Positions 30,782 through 40,404 of a stretch of DNA of 64,000 nt are shown piece by piece; position 1 is the first letter of the stretch; every line of letters begins with the position of its first letter. Under the pieces are notes generated by a model. It saw only the letters and a list, made by a program, of their open reading frames with translations. It was not told where the DNA came from and searched no databases. The position numbers and the translations under genes were made by a program. This stretch comes from a candidate division WOR-3 bacterium (GTDB lineage: Bacteria; Hydrothermota; 32-111), in assembly GCA_037481815.1 (NCBI GenBank), contig JBBFKX010000001.1, forward strand, positions 160,001 through 224,000. Reading direction: 5' to 3'.

Positions 30782-30855
30782 GCGCCCGTAGCTCAACTGG
30801 ATAGAGCACTTGACTACGGATCAAGAGGTTGGGGGTTCGATTCCCTTCGGGCGCT
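30782..30855 (+). tRNA. tRNA-Arg(ACG)
   Basis: GCGCCCGTAGCTCAACTGGATAGAGC-A-CTTGA-CTACGGA-TCAAG...GGTTCGATTCC...CGGGCGC-T; CCA not encoded. Confidence 0.95.
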
Positions 30856-30858
30856 CTC

Positions 30859-30886
30859 TTGAAAGTAAAAAACTATATGGTAAAAT
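30859..30886 (+). promoter_or_regulatory. sigma70-type promoter of the class V aminotransferase gene
   Basis: TTGAAA-N16-TAAAAT with TGn extension. Confidence 0.5.
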
Positions 30887-30909
30887 AAAAAAATAAAAAG
30901 GTAGGTTTT

Positions 30910-32001
30910 ATGAGGGATTTTTCATCATATTTTAATAAAAGGGAAATCCTATACTTCAATTCAGCATCGTCAGGTATCCCTACAAAAAATGGTATTTTAA
31001 AAGCACATGAACTTCTTGATAAGATCTCAACAGAAGGAGATGTTTCTCTTGATACATATTTTTCCATTATTGAAAACTGTAGAAGGGAGATAGCAAAACT
31101 TGTTAATTGTAAACCTAACAATATTGGTTTGATTCCAAATACAACTTCCGCAGTTCACTTGATAAAAAATGGATTTTCGGAAATCAAGAAAATAATAGTA
31201 TATGGCAAAAATTTTCCGTGCACTCTGGTTCCTTTTCAAAAAGATGACAGATATTCAGTTGAAATAATTACGAAGAATCCTGATAATCTTGACAAAGAAC
31301 TTTCAAAATATAAAAAAACTTTGGTGTTTGTTGATCTTGTTGATTATTTGACCGGAGAGATTGTAGATCTTAACCTCCTTACTGAAATCGTTCATAACCG
31401 AAACTCTCTTCTGGCTGTTGATGCTATTCAGGGAGCTGGCTCTGTTGTGATAGATCTTTCCAAAACACCTGTTGATTTTCTATTCGCAGGTGCTTCAAAA
31501 TGGCTTCTTGGCCCACAGGGAATTGGTTTTATATATATTGATGAACAACATGTCGATAGAATCGTAAGAAGGAATTGTGGATGGTTATCTCTCGACTACA
31601 AAAATTTTGATTCGTTTGAGAATCTACCAGAATATCGTTTGAATGGATCTGGAGTAGAAAGTGGAACAAGAAATTTTTTTGGTATTCTTCTGATGGGAGA
31701 AAATTTAAAATTTTTGAACAGTGTTGGGATAGAAAATGTATACTCCCATAACATAGAAGGTATTAAACAAATAGGCAAAATACTTGAAAACTTTGGTTCT
31801 ATCTCGCAGAATATTATAGATATAAAAACACCGATACTTTCTTTTAAAACCAGAAATACGAAAAACTTTTATAACTATCTGATTGAGAAAAATGTGAAGG
31901 TTTCTTTCAGAGATGGAATGGTTCGATTCGCATTTCATATTTTCAACTATGAGGATGAAGTAAAAAGGTTAAAAGAGATTATAGATAAGTTTAATTTTTA
32001 A
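30910..32001 (+). CDS. Aminotransferase class V-fold PLP enzyme
   Basis: YFNSAS, NTT, DAIQGAG, ASKWLLGPQG (PLP Lys), ESGT, RFAFHIFN. Confidence 0.88.
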   Translation: MRDFSSYFNKREILYFNSASSGIPTKNGILKAHELLDKISTEGDVSLDTYFSIIENCRREIAKLVNCKPNNIGLIPNTTSAVHLIKNGFSEIKKIIVYGKNFPCTLVPFQKDDRYSVEIITKNPDNLDKELSKYKKTLVFVDLVDYLTGEIVDLNLLTEIVHNRNSLLAVDAIQGAGSVVIDLSKTPVDFLFAGASKWLLGPQGIGFIYIDEQHVDRIVRRNCGWLSLDYKNFDSFENLPEYRLNGSGVESGTRNFFGILLMGENLKFLNSVGIENVYSHNIEGIKQIGKILENFGSISQNIIDIKTPILSFKTRNTKNFYNYLIEKNVKVSFRDGMVRFAFHIFNYEDEVKRLKEIIDKFNF

Positions 32002-33097
32002 GAATGGTTATATAAAATTTTTCAAGTTTTTCTTTCTCTTTGTTCCAGTTGAACTCAGTTTGAAGTTTAGAGAAAGCGTTTTCAACAAGTTTCTGGGATA
32101 GATCTCTGTTTTCAAGAACGATCAAAATTTTCTCCATTATATCTTTTGGTGATAGAGGATCAAAAAATATCGCCATATCTTTAAAGGTTGTTTTCCAGTA
32201 AGGAAAATTTGACATCAAAACTGGTATTTTACAGAGAAAATATTCAAACGGTTTGTTTGGAAGAGTTGTTAGATGGTTTTTAGCAGGTAAAAAAGGTACT
32301 ATTCCAATGTCACTGTTTTTTATGTATCTAAAATGTTCTCCATACGGAAAATTTCCAAGATATTTTGTAAATCTGTATCCTTTTCTCTTCTCACACTCCT
32401 CTTTTAAACCTTTGTCCTGCCATTCGCCGAGAAGATGGAGTTCAACTTTTCCATCTAAAAGTTCGACCGCATCTATGAGTTGTAAAATCCCTCTTATGTA
32501 AGTTAACCCGCCTGAATAAACGATTATCGGTTTTTCTCTTTCTTTTTTTATTTCATAATTTTCAATCATTATCTGTATATCTGGAAAATTTCTAAACACC
32601 AGAACATTTTTGTTTTTATAAAGTTTTTTTAGATCAGGTCTTGCAACGATAACTCCATCAAAAAAATGTGAAGAAAAGAGTTCAAACAATCTGACCGATT
32701 TTGCGATTAAAAATTTTAGAAGAAAAGGTTTTATATATGTTTTTTCCATTATCAAACCATAGTTGTTTTCGTGAGAATCGTAAACGACCTTTTTCCCGAA
32801 CATTTTTAGGAGAACCCCTGTCAAGAGAAGTTCAGGATCGTGAAAATGATATATATCATATTCTGTTTTTACAAGTTGTAAAAAAGTATCGATGGGTGAT
32901 AAAAGGATTCTTAAGAATCTATTGTTCCTTCTTTTCAATTTTAGAAAATGAAGGTTTTGTTCTTCCTTTGTTTCATTTTCCATATATGGATTGTAGTAAA
33001 AGATATTATAAAATTTTTTTAATGATTTAATCTCTTTATGATAGATTCGTACATCATAAACCTTATGAACGGTTGTGAATACAGCAATATTTTTCAT
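31991..33097 (-). CDS. Glycosyltransferase family 4
   Basis: DVRIYHKE, HFHDPEL, YDSHE, PNKPFEY GT-B motifs. Confidence 0.9.
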   Translation of the reverse strand: MKNIAVFTTVHKVYDVRIYHKEIKSLKKFYNIFYYNPYMENETKEEQNLHFLKLKRRNNRFLRILLSPIDTFLQLVKTEYDIYHFHDPELLLTGVLLKMFGKKVVYDSHENNYGLIMEKTYIKPFLLKFLIAKSVRLFELFSSHFFDGVIVARPDLKKLYKNKNVLVFRNFPDIQIMIENYEIKKEREKPIIVYSGGLTYIRGILQLIDAVELLDGKVELHLLGEWQDKGLKEECEKRKGYRFTKYLGNFPYGEHFRYIKNSDIGIVPFLPAKNHLTTLPNKPFEYFLCKIPVLMSNFPYWKTTFKDMAIFFDPLSPKDIMEKILIVLENRDLSQKLVENAFSKLQTEFNWNKEKEKLEKFYITILKN

Positions 33098-33104
33098 ATC
33101 GAAG

Positions 33105-33132
33105 ATTTTAGCAAGATTTTTGAAATAATCAA
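33105..33132 (-). promoter_or_regulatory. sigma70-type promoter of the GT4 gene (probably leaderless mRNA)
   Basis: TTGATT-N16-TAAAAT with TGn extension, 7 nt before ATG; no SD. Confidence 0.5.
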
Positions 33133-33148
33133 CATCTTTGATTAACTC

Positions 33149-33176
33149 TTGACTTAAATTTTTAATATGTTATTTT
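33149..33176 (+). promoter_or_regulatory. sigma70-type promoter of rocD
   Basis: TTGACT-N16-TATTTT with TGn extension. Confidence 0.4.
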
Positions 33177-33200
33177 ATTAAATCAAAAAAAGGAGTTACT

Positions 33201-34409
33201 ATGAAAAAATCAAATAAACTTTTTGAAATCGAAAAAAAGTATGGTGCGAACAACTATCATCCACTCGATGTTTGTCTCGCAAAAGGTAAAGGCATCTGGG
33301 TTTGGGATACTGAAGGTAAAAAATATCTTGATTTTTTGAGTTCCTATTCTGCTGTGAATCAGGGACATTGCAATCCAAAAATAGCAAGTGCTGCAATAAA
33401 ACAGATGAAAAAACTTACTCTAACGAGTAGGGCTTTTCATAACGATCAACTTCCATTATTTTATGAAAAACTTTGTAAACTCGCAAAGATGGACAAAATG
33501 TTACCGATGAATTCTGGAGCTGAAGCTGTTGAAACAGCTCTTAAAGCAATAAGAAAATGGGGATACACTGTTAAAGGAGTTGAAAAGGATAAAGCAGAGA
33601 TCATCGTTTCAAGAAACAATTTTCATGGTAGAACGATTACAGTTATTTCTTTCTCATCAGAATTTCAGTATAAGGATGGATTTGGTCCTTTAACACCTGG
33701 TTTTGTTGAAATACCTTTCGGTGATGCGGATGCACTTGAACAGGCGATCACTCCAAACACTGTTGCATTTTTAACTGAACCAATACAGGGTGAAGGTGGA
33801 ATTATAATTCCAAAAGAGGGATTTTTAAAAAGAGCACAGGAGATATGTCAAAAGAACAATGTTCTCTTTATTCTTGATGAAATACAGACAGGGCTTTGTA
33901 GAACAGGTAAACTTTTTGCTCATCAATGGGAAGATGGAGTTAAACCTGATGGACTCATTCTTGGAAAAGCGCTTTCTGGTGGTTACTATCCTGTTAGTGC
34001 TTTCCTTGCCAAAAAAGAAGTTATGGATGTTTTCAAACCTGGTGACCATGGTTCAACTTTTGGTGGAAATCCACTCGCATCAGCGATCGCTGTGGCATCA
34101 CTTGATGTTCTTATCAAAGAAAAACTTGATAAGAATGCACTGAAGATGGGAAACTATTTTATGAAACTTCTAAAATCGATAAAATCTGATTACATAAAGG
34201 AAGTTAGAGGAAGAGGCCTTTTGATCGGTGTTGAACTCCACGAGAGTGCAGGTGGGGCAAGAAGATTCTGTGAAGCACTGATGAAAGAGGGACTTCTCTG
34301 TAAAGAAACACATGAAAATATAATCAGATTCGCTCCTCCTCTTGTTATAAAGAAAAAGGATATCGATTGGGCTTTTGCGAAAATAGAAAAAGTGTTTAAA
34401 ACGATATAA
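33201..34409 (+). CDS. rocD: Ornithine--oxo-acid aminotransferase
   Basis: GANNYHPL, YSAVNQGH, LTLTSRAF, MNSGAEAVE, EPIQGEGG, DEIQTG, LGKALSGG, HGSTFGGNPL. Confidence 0.95.
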   Translation: MKKSNKLFEIEKKYGANNYHPLDVCLAKGKGIWVWDTEGKKYLDFLSSYSAVNQGHCNPKIASAAIKQMKKLTLTSRAFHNDQLPLFYEKLCKLAKMDKMLPMNSGAEAVETALKAIRKWGYTVKGVEKDKAEIIVSRNNFHGRTITVISFSSEFQYKDGFGPLTPGFVEIPFGDADALEQAITPNTVAFLTEPIQGEGGIIIPKEGFLKRAQEICQKNNVLFILDEIQTGLCRTGKLFAHQWEDGVKPDGLILGKALSGGYYPVSAFLAKKEVMDVFKPGDHGSTFGGNPLASAIAVASLDVLIKEKLDKNALKMGNYFMKLLKSIKSDYIKEVRGRGLLIGVELHESAGGARRFCEALMKEGLLCKETHENIIRFAPPLVIKKKDIDWAFAKIEKVFKTI

Positions 34410-34415
34410 AAACTA

Positions 34416-34443
34416 TTGACATTTTTAATAATTTTGATATAAA
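34416..34443 (+). promoter_or_regulatory. sigma70-type promoter of the tRNA Gly-Cys-Leu cluster
   Basis: TTGACA-N16-TATAAA with TGn extension, 13 nt before tRNA-Gly. Confidence 0.65.
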
Positions 34444-34456
34444 ATGTTCTCAAAGA

Positions 34457-34532
34457 GCGGGAATAGCTCAGTTGGTAGAGCGTCACCTTGCCAAGGTGAG
34501 TGTCGCGGGTTCAAGTCCCGTTTCCCGCTCCA
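34457..34532 (+). tRNA. tRNA-Gly(GCC)
   Basis: GCGGGAATAGCTCAGTTGGTAGAGCG-TCACC-TTGCCAA-GGTGA...GGTTCAAGTCCC...TTCCCGCTCCA; CCA encoded. Confidence 0.97.
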
Positions 34533-34542
34533 TTTTTTTGTT

Positions 34543-34614
34543 GGCGGTATAGCCAAGTGGTAAGGCGACGGTCTGCAAAACCGTTATTCTCCGGTTCAAA
34601 TCCGGATGCCGCCT
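34543..34614 (+). tRNA. tRNA-Cys(GCA)
   Basis: GGCGGTATAGCCAAGTGGTAAGGCG-ACGGT-CTGCAAA-ACCGT...GGTTCAAATCC...GCCGCCT. Confidence 0.96.
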
Positions 34615-34617
34615 TAA

Positions 34618-34703
34618 GCCGGAGTGATGGAATTGGTAGACATAGCGGACTTAAAATCCGCTGGGACTTCAATCCCGTGCCGGTTCGAGTCCGGCCTCCG
34701 GCA
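34618..34703 (+). tRNA. tRNA-Leu(TAA)
   Basis: GCCGGAGTGATGGAATTGGTAGACATA-GCGGA-CTTAAAA-TCCGC-long variable arm-GGTTCGAGTCC...CTCCGGCA. Confidence 0.96.
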
Positions 34704-34717
34704 AATTAATAGTGATT

Positions 34718-35302
34718 ATGTCTTTTAAAAAAAAACTGTTTCTTTTAATTTTCATTGTTTCAATCTTAATTCCAGGTTGTTTTAAAAAGAATGACAGATA
34801 TCTTTCTTTTTTTCTAAGTAAAATTGATAAAGAATATTCTTTTTTAAAAGATCTGGATAAAAAAGATGTGGTAACAAAGAGTGATGTTGCATATCTTTTC
34901 GGGGTCTATTTTCCTGAGGATGTTTATGTTTACAGAGATGAAATACCTTTTGATATAAAAATGTTTCCCAAAAATGAAATCCTTTATGCACAGGTCAAGA
35001 GAGGAATAATACCTTCACTTCCAGATAAAACCTTCAAACCGGATACACCAGTTCTGAGGTATCAACTTGCGGTTTTCCTTTATACTTTTATATTGAATAA
35101 TGGGTATCTTTCAAATTTTAAAATGAATGTTGCCGAGATAAAAGATGTTGGAGAAAATTTTTTTGCATACAAACCGATATCAAGTATTGTATTTCTTGGA
35201 ATAATGGAACTTGAGGATGGATTTTTCTATCCGTACAAGACCGTTACAGGATATGAACTTATAAAATTTTTTTACAGGTTAAACAACCTTTTTTATAAAT
35301 AA
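34718..35302 (+). CDS. Lipoprotein with S-layer homology (SLH) domains
   Basis: LIPGC lipobox; SLH-like motifs GII...DKTFKPDTPVLRYQLA and GIM...DGFFYPYKTVTGYELI. Confidence 0.7.
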   Translation: MSFKKKLFLLIFIVSILIPGCFKKNDRYLSFFLSKIDKEYSFLKDLDKKDVVTKSDVAYLFGVYFPEDVYVYRDEIPFDIKMFPKNEILYAQVKRGIIPSLPDKTFKPDTPVLRYQLAVFLYTFILNNGYLSNFKMNVAEIKDVGENFFAYKPISSIVFLGIMELEDGFFYPYKTVTGYELIKFFYRLNNLFYK

Positions 35303-35305
35303 ATA

Positions 35306-36526
35306 ATGTCGATAAAAATTTCAAAAATAAAACAGAATTCTCTTTTTAAAAAATATTCTATATCTGAAGGAGATAGAATAATTTCTATAAATGGGAGAGA
35401 AGTTTTTGACTTCCTTGGTGTAATCTATGAAACCTCTTTTGAAAAAATGGTTTTCAAGGTTAAAAAGAAGAATGGTGAGATCAGAGAGTTCGATGTTGAA
35501 AAAAAGGATTACAAAAAAATAAATGTAGAGTTTGAAGAAGGTGAAAGAAGAAAATGCAACAACAAATGTATATTCTGTTTTGTGGATCAGAATCCTGAAG
35601 GATTGAGAAAAAGTTTGTATTTTAAAGATGATGATTACAGAGAATCTTTCGAGTATGGAAATTTTATAACACTTTCAAATTTGAACGAAAGATTGTTGAA
35701 AAATATAGTTGAACATAAAATATCACCTCTTTATGTTTCAATTCACTCTGTTGATGATAATTTAAGAAAAAAAATTTTTGGTGTTGAGAATAGAATTGAA
35801 AAACTTGAAAAACTTATTGAGGGTGAAATCAAAATTCATGGGCAGGTTGTTCTTATGAGGAACATAAACGATGGAAGGTATCTTGAGCAGACGATTGAAT
35901 ATTCAGCGCAAAAAAAATTCCTGTCTCTCGGTATAGTCCCAATGGGTGTCACAAAGTACAGAAAAGATTTGTCAAAATTTTTACCAATAGATAAAGAGTA
36001 TTCAAAAAACTTGATAACTTTTGTTGAAAATTTAAAAGATAGATTGCACTATAAAAAAGTTTATCTTGCTGATGAATTTTTTTTAAAAGCTGAAGAGAAA
36101 ATCCCTCCAAAAGGTTATTATCATTCCTTCCCTCAATATGAAAATGGTATAGGTATGGTGAGAAATTTTATCGATGAAACATCAGAATTTAAAAACAAAA
36201 AACTTAAAAAAGGTTTTGCAATATTAACTGGTAAAAGTTTTGGAGAATTTTTGATAAAAAATAATTTTTTTAATTCAACAGGGATTTTACCTGTTATGAA
36301 CAGATTCTTTGGCGAAATGGTTACAGTTACAGGACTTTTATCGGGAGAGGATATTATTAAAACGATGAAAAATACAGGGTTCAAAAACTATTTGATCTAT
36401 AAAAGAGTTTTTAATGAAGATGGTTTAACACTTGATAATTACACAAAAAACGATATTATAAAAAAGAGTGGTAAAAACCTTATCATACTTAAAAACATTT
36501 TCGATATAGTGAGGTATACAGAATGA
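35306..36526 (+). CDS. DUF512 radical SAM-like protein with N-terminal PDZ-like region
   Basis: GDRIISING, CNNKCIFCFVDQNP, KDDDYR, GNFITLSN, PQYENGIG, VTVTGLL. Confidence 0.88.
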   Translation: MSIKISKIKQNSLFKKYSISEGDRIISINGREVFDFLGVIYETSFEKMVFKVKKKNGEIREFDVEKKDYKKINVEFEEGERRKCNNKCIFCFVDQNPEGLRKSLYFKDDDYRESFEYGNFITLSNLNERLLKNIVEHKISPLYVSIHSVDDNLRKKIFGVENRIEKLEKLIEGEIKIHGQVVLMRNINDGRYLEQTIEYSAQKKFLSLGIVPMGVTKYRKDLSKFLPIDKEYSKNLITFVENLKDRLHYKKVYLADEFFLKAEEKIPPKGYYHSFPQYENGIGMVRNFIDETSEFKNKKLKKGFAILTGKSFGEFLIKNNFFNSTGILPVMNRFFGEMVTVTGLLSGEDIIKTMKNTGFKNYLIYKRVFNEDGLTLDNYTKNDIIKKSGKNLIILKNIFDIVRYTE

Positions 36527-37836
36527 ACATTGTTTCTATAGTAGGAAAACCAAATGTAGGGAAATCAACTCTTTTCAATGCTCTTCTTGGAAGAAGGGAT
36601 GCTGTTGTTCACTCAACACCAAATCTAACAAGGGATAGACATTATGATAGAATTGAAATAGATAACAGGGAATTTGTGATTATTGATACAGGAGGAATTG
36701 AGGAAAATCCAAAAAAAGTAACCTTCAGTGAACTTGTTGAACAACAGGTTGATATAGCTATAAACCAATCGGATCTGATCCTTTTTGTTGTGGACAACAA
36801 AAATGGTATCACAGGTGATGATCACTATATTGCAAACAAACTTAGAAGTAGAAAAGATGATGTGATACTTGTTGTAAACAAATGTGATGAATATGAGAGT
36901 TTATTGGATTCCGAAATTTTTAAACTTGGATTTGAAAATTATATCCAGATTTCTGCTGAACATAAGTTGAACATTTCCTCTTTAAAAGAGATCATGGTAT
37001 CAAGATACAAAAAAGTTGAAAGGGATCAGTTCTTTAAAGATGGATTAAAGATCGCAATAGTTGGAAAACCGAATACAGGAAAATCAACAATAGTGAACGC
37101 ACTTTTAAATGAAAACAGGATGATAGTTTCCGATATCCCTGGAACAACAAGAGATTCTATAGATTCCTATCTTGAATATGAAAATAAAAATTTTGTATTA
37201 ATCGATACGGCAGGTATCAGGAGAGCATCAAAAATTAAAGAACCAACAGAATATTATACGATTCTTCGAAGTAAACTTGCAATGGAAAGAGCCGATGTTG
37301 TTGCGGTTGTAATGGATATAAATGAGAAAGTTACATTTCAGGATAAAAAGATACTTGGAGAATCCCTTTCACTTTTAAAACCCACATTGGTTGTTTTCAA
37401 TAAGACAGATCTTATAACTGAAATCGAGAAAACAAGATTTTACAAAGAAGTTCTTGAGAATCTTGAGTTTGGAGAATTTTTACCAAAACTTTTCATTTCA
37501 GCAAAGGAGAAAAAACATATTTATAAAATACTTGAAAAATCTTATGAATTAAAAAGTAAATTACCCGCAAAATTCAAAAAAAGTTTATTGAATTCGATAC
37601 TTTTTGAAGAGATAATACCAAACTTTAAACACCCTGTATTGAAAACTGGAAAAAGACCAAGGTTTTACAGTTTAACTCAAAAGTCAGTTGATCCAGTTGT
37701 TTTCATACTCAGAGTTAACGATCCAGAAAATATTGACAGGAATTATAGAAGATATATAATTAACAAAATAAGAGAGGTATTGAAATTGTCAGAGATTCCA
37801 TTCGATGTTGAATTGAGGAGTAAGGATGATAATTAA
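36523..37836 (+). CDS. der: Ribosome biogenesis GTPase Der (EngA)
   Basis: Two G domains (GKPNVGKS/DTGG/NKCD and GKPNTGKS/DTAG/NKTD) plus KH-like C-terminus. Confidence 0.97.
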   Translation: MNIVSIVGKPNVGKSTLFNALLGRRDAVVHSTPNLTRDRHYDRIEIDNREFVIIDTGGIEENPKKVTFSELVEQQVDIAINQSDLILFVVDNKNGITGDDHYIANKLRSRKDDVILVVNKCDEYESLLDSEIFKLGFENYIQISAEHKLNISSLKEIMVSRYKKVERDQFFKDGLKIAIVGKPNTGKSTIVNALLNENRMIVSDIPGTTRDSIDSYLEYENKNFVLIDTAGIRRASKIKEPTEYYTILRSKLAMERADVVAVVMDINEKVTFQDKKILGESLSLLKPTLVVFNKTDLITEIEKTRFYKEVLENLEFGEFLPKLFISAKEKKHIYKILEKSYELKSKLPAKFKKSLLNSILFEEIIPNFKHPVLKTGKRPRFYSLTQKSVDPVVFILRVNDPENIDRNYRRYIINKIREVLKLSEIPFDVELRSKDDN

Positions 37837-38446
37837 AGTTATTATTTTTTGTATTTTGTCATATCTTTTTTCAGGTATACCTTTCGCTTTTATCATTTCG
37901 AAACTATTTTTAAAAATAGATATCAGAAAAGTTGGAAGTGGAAATGTTGGAGCAACCAATGTGTACAGAGTCGGTGGATGGAAATATGGTGTTATTGTTT
38001 TTATTTTAGATTTTTTAAAAGGCTTTATTCCAACATTGGTTTCGGTTTTTTATTTTGACAAGAACCTTGAGATTTCAACGATCGTTGCAATATCAACTGT
38101 GTTGGGACATATGTTTACACCTTATCTGAAATTTAAAGGAGGTAAAGGTGCTGCCACATCTTTTGGAAGTTTTCTGGTGCTATTCCCAATCGAAATTTTA
38201 ATATGTGCTATTTTTTTTCTTATATCAGTGATTATCACAAGAATAGTTGCTGTTGGAACGATAATATCAGCGCTGCTTTTCCCAGTAGTCTATTTTGTGA
38301 TTGGAAAACTGCTGGATATAACTTTTCCTTTTAAAAAATTTTCTAATATCGATTTTGTTTTAATTCTAATCGTTGTTATTTTTATAATCTTAAAACATAA
38401 AAGTAACATTGAAAGATTGATTAAAGGGAATGAAAACAGAATATAG
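37826..38446 (+). CDS. plsY: Glycerol-3-phosphate acyltransferase PlsY
   Basis: DIRKVGSGNVGATNVYR, DFLKG, GHMF...FKGGKGAAT, KHKSNIERL. Confidence 0.96.
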   Translation: MIIKVIIFCILSYLFSGIPFAFIISKLFLKIDIRKVGSGNVGATNVYRVGGWKYGVIVFILDFLKGFIPTLVSVFYFDKNLEISTIVAISTVLGHMFTPYLKFKGGKGAATSFGSFLVLFPIEILICAIFFLISVIITRIVAVGTIISALLFPVVYFVIGKLLDITFPFKKFSNIDFVLILIVVIFIILKHKSNIERLIKGNENRI

Positions 38447-38783
38447 AAAAAGATATTATTCGATAAAGGAGGTTTCTCAGATTACAGGACTGAGAAGTTA
38501 TGTTTTAAGATACTGGGAGACCGTTTTCCCAAAGTTAAAACCGATGAAACATTCGGTTAATGGAAGAAGGATGTATACTGAAAAGGATATTGAAACAGTT
38601 AAAAAAATTAAAGAATTGTTGTATGAAAAAAAATATACGATAAAAGGAGCGAATGAAGTTATGAATTCAAAAGTTGAAATCGTTCAACTCAACCTTGATT
38701 TTGAAAATGGAAAAAGTTTTTTGAAAGGGGAGGTTAAGAGGAAGTTAAACGAAGTAATTAACCTATTAAGGGGGGAAAAATGA
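38430..38783 (+). CDS. MerR-family HTH transcriptional regulator
   Basis: YYSIKEVS...VLRYWE...GRRMY...LLYEKKYTIKGA. Confidence 0.9.
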   Translation: MKTEYRKRYYSIKEVSQITGLRSYVLRYWETVFPKLKPMKHSVNGRRMYTEKDIETVKKIKELLYEKKYTIKGANEVMNSKVEIVQLNLDFENGKSFLKGEVKRKLNEVINLLRGEK

Positions 38784-39817
38784 GAAATAAGATAAGAATC
38801 TATCTTCTTGATGATAGCATTACTGTTACAACATTTTTGAGTAAGTCCTTGACTTCACTCGGTTATGTTGTCTACGCTGATAACGACCCAAACAAGTGCA
38901 TCAAAAGGATAAAGGAATTTTTACCTGATATTATTATTCTTGACATAGATTTGAACGAATTCAACGGAATCGATATCTGTCGTGAGATACAGGAAGATAA
39001 ACAACTCAAAGAGATACCTGTCATATTCCTTTCACATCTGACAGATACTGCAACAGTTGCTGAAGGACTGGAGGCAGGAGCGGTTGACTACATTTACAAA
39101 CCGATAGATATCAATCAACTCGATTCAAGAATAAAAATCATTTTGAAGATGATTGAAGATATGAAGGATAACATAAAACTCGCAAAGATGAACATAATAA
39201 AAGCTTCAGTGATCACGATGCATCATGAGTTAAATCAGCCACTTTCTGTGATCCTGCTTTCAACGGAGATGCTTGAAAAAAAATTGGGTAACAAGTTAAC
39301 AGAGAAAGAAAAAAGATTGATTGAAAGGATAAAAAACAGTTTGAACAAGATAAACGATATTTTGAAAAGGTTTGCTGTTGTTCATGAAAATGATCCTGAA
39401 CTTATTCCATACACCGATGATTCTCAGAAGATCAAACTTCCACCATCATCAAAAACCGAAAAAGTTCTAATAATAGATGATGAAAAAGAGGTAAGGGAAT
39501 CGATTATCGATGTTTTAAACGAAGAGGGAATAGAAACTATTCAATCTGAGAATATAAAGGATGCTATAGAGATTATAGAAAAAGGTAAGGAAAAAATTTC
39601 GATGATATTCTGTGATATAAGAATAAAGAATGAGTCGGGATCAGAAGTTTTTCATCTTGTAAGAAAAAATTATCCAGATATCAAGTTTGTTTTTATCACA
39701 GGGTTTTCTATCCCCGCTGAAGTTAAAAGAATAATCAGAGAGTTTAAAATACCACTTTTGAAAAAACCGTTTTCAAGAAGATCAATACTTTCCTTATTAA
39801 AAAAGATGGATCAGTAG
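38780..39817 (+). CDS. Signalling protein REC-HisKA-REC with no ATPase domain
   Basis: N-terminal REC (LDD, ILD, KP); H-box MHHELNQPL; C-terminal REC (IIDD, FCD, ITG, KPF). Confidence 0.8.
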   Translation: MRNKIRIYLLDDSITVTTFLSKSLTSLGYVVYADNDPNKCIKRIKEFLPDIIILDIDLNEFNGIDICREIQEDKQLKEIPVIFLSHLTDTATVAEGLEAGAVDYIYKPIDINQLDSRIKIILKMIEDMKDNIKLAKMNIIKASVITMHHELNQPLSVILLSTEMLEKKLGNKLTEKEKRLIERIKNSLNKINDILKRFAVVHENDPELIPYTDDSQKIKLPPSSKTEKVLIIDDEKEVRESIIDVLNEEGIETIQSENIKDAIEIIEKGKEKISMIFCDIRIKNESGSEVFHLVRKNYPDIKFVFITGFSIPAEVKRIIREFKIPLLKKPFSRRSILSLLKKMDQ

Positions 39818-40404
39818 GGAAGTAAAACATCTTTTTCTAAAATTTTAAAACTGTTTGGAAACAATTTTTCAACTTTTTCCTTAAGATTTTCTTCCAGATA
39901 AATCTTTATTGTAATTTTTTCCGTGAACTTTTCTTCCAGAATTTTATGTTTTACTTGTTTGATAAAATATAAAAATTCGTTGTAATCCTGATATCCGAAA
40001 GAAAATTCAAAAAGATAAAATTTTTCGAGTTTTTTAATTTTAGAATTTTTTACAGTTTCTATAGCACATTTTGAGTACGCACGGACAAGTCCTGAAGCCC
40101 CAAGTTTTATACCACCAAAAAATCTTATAACCGTTAAAAGTGTAAAGTAAAGATCATTCTTATCTAGAACGTTAAAAACAGGAAGCCCTGCACTATTTTT
40201 GGGTTCTTTATCATCTGTATAGTAAAATTCATCCTTTGTAAATCGATAAGCATAAACTATATGTGAATATCCTTTGTTCTCTGTTTTTAAAATATTTAAA
40301 AATTCTTTAACTTCTTTTTGATCATGTACGAAAAAAGCCCTTCCGATGAAAATCGAGTTTTTTTCAATTAGTGTTACCTTTTTTGATTCGATTATTGTCT
40401 TCAA
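39811..40404 (-). CDS. YigZ/IMPACT family protein
   Basis: KNSIFIG, SHIVYAYR, DDKEP..SAG.P, RFFGGIKLGASGLVRAY. Confidence 0.92.
   Translation of the reverse strand: MKTIIESKKVTLIEKNSIFIGRAFFVHDQKEVKEFLNILKTENKGYSHIVYAYRFTKDEFYYTDDKEPKNSAGLPVFNVLDKNDLYFTLLTVIRFFGGIKLGASGLVRAYSKCAIETVKNSKIKKLEKFYLFEFSFGYQDYNEFLYFIKQVKHKILEEKFTEKITIKIYLEENLKEKVEKLFPNSFKILEKDVLLPY

Noticed and set aside
26269..34703. tRNA-anchored genomic island or prophage
   Set aside because: No integrase, phage genes or duplicated tRNA 3' ends seen; flanking genes are ordinary.
34190..34709. ORFs 34190-34486(-) and 34500-34709(+)
   Set aside because: They overlap rocD and the Gly-Cys-Leu tRNA genes; spurious.
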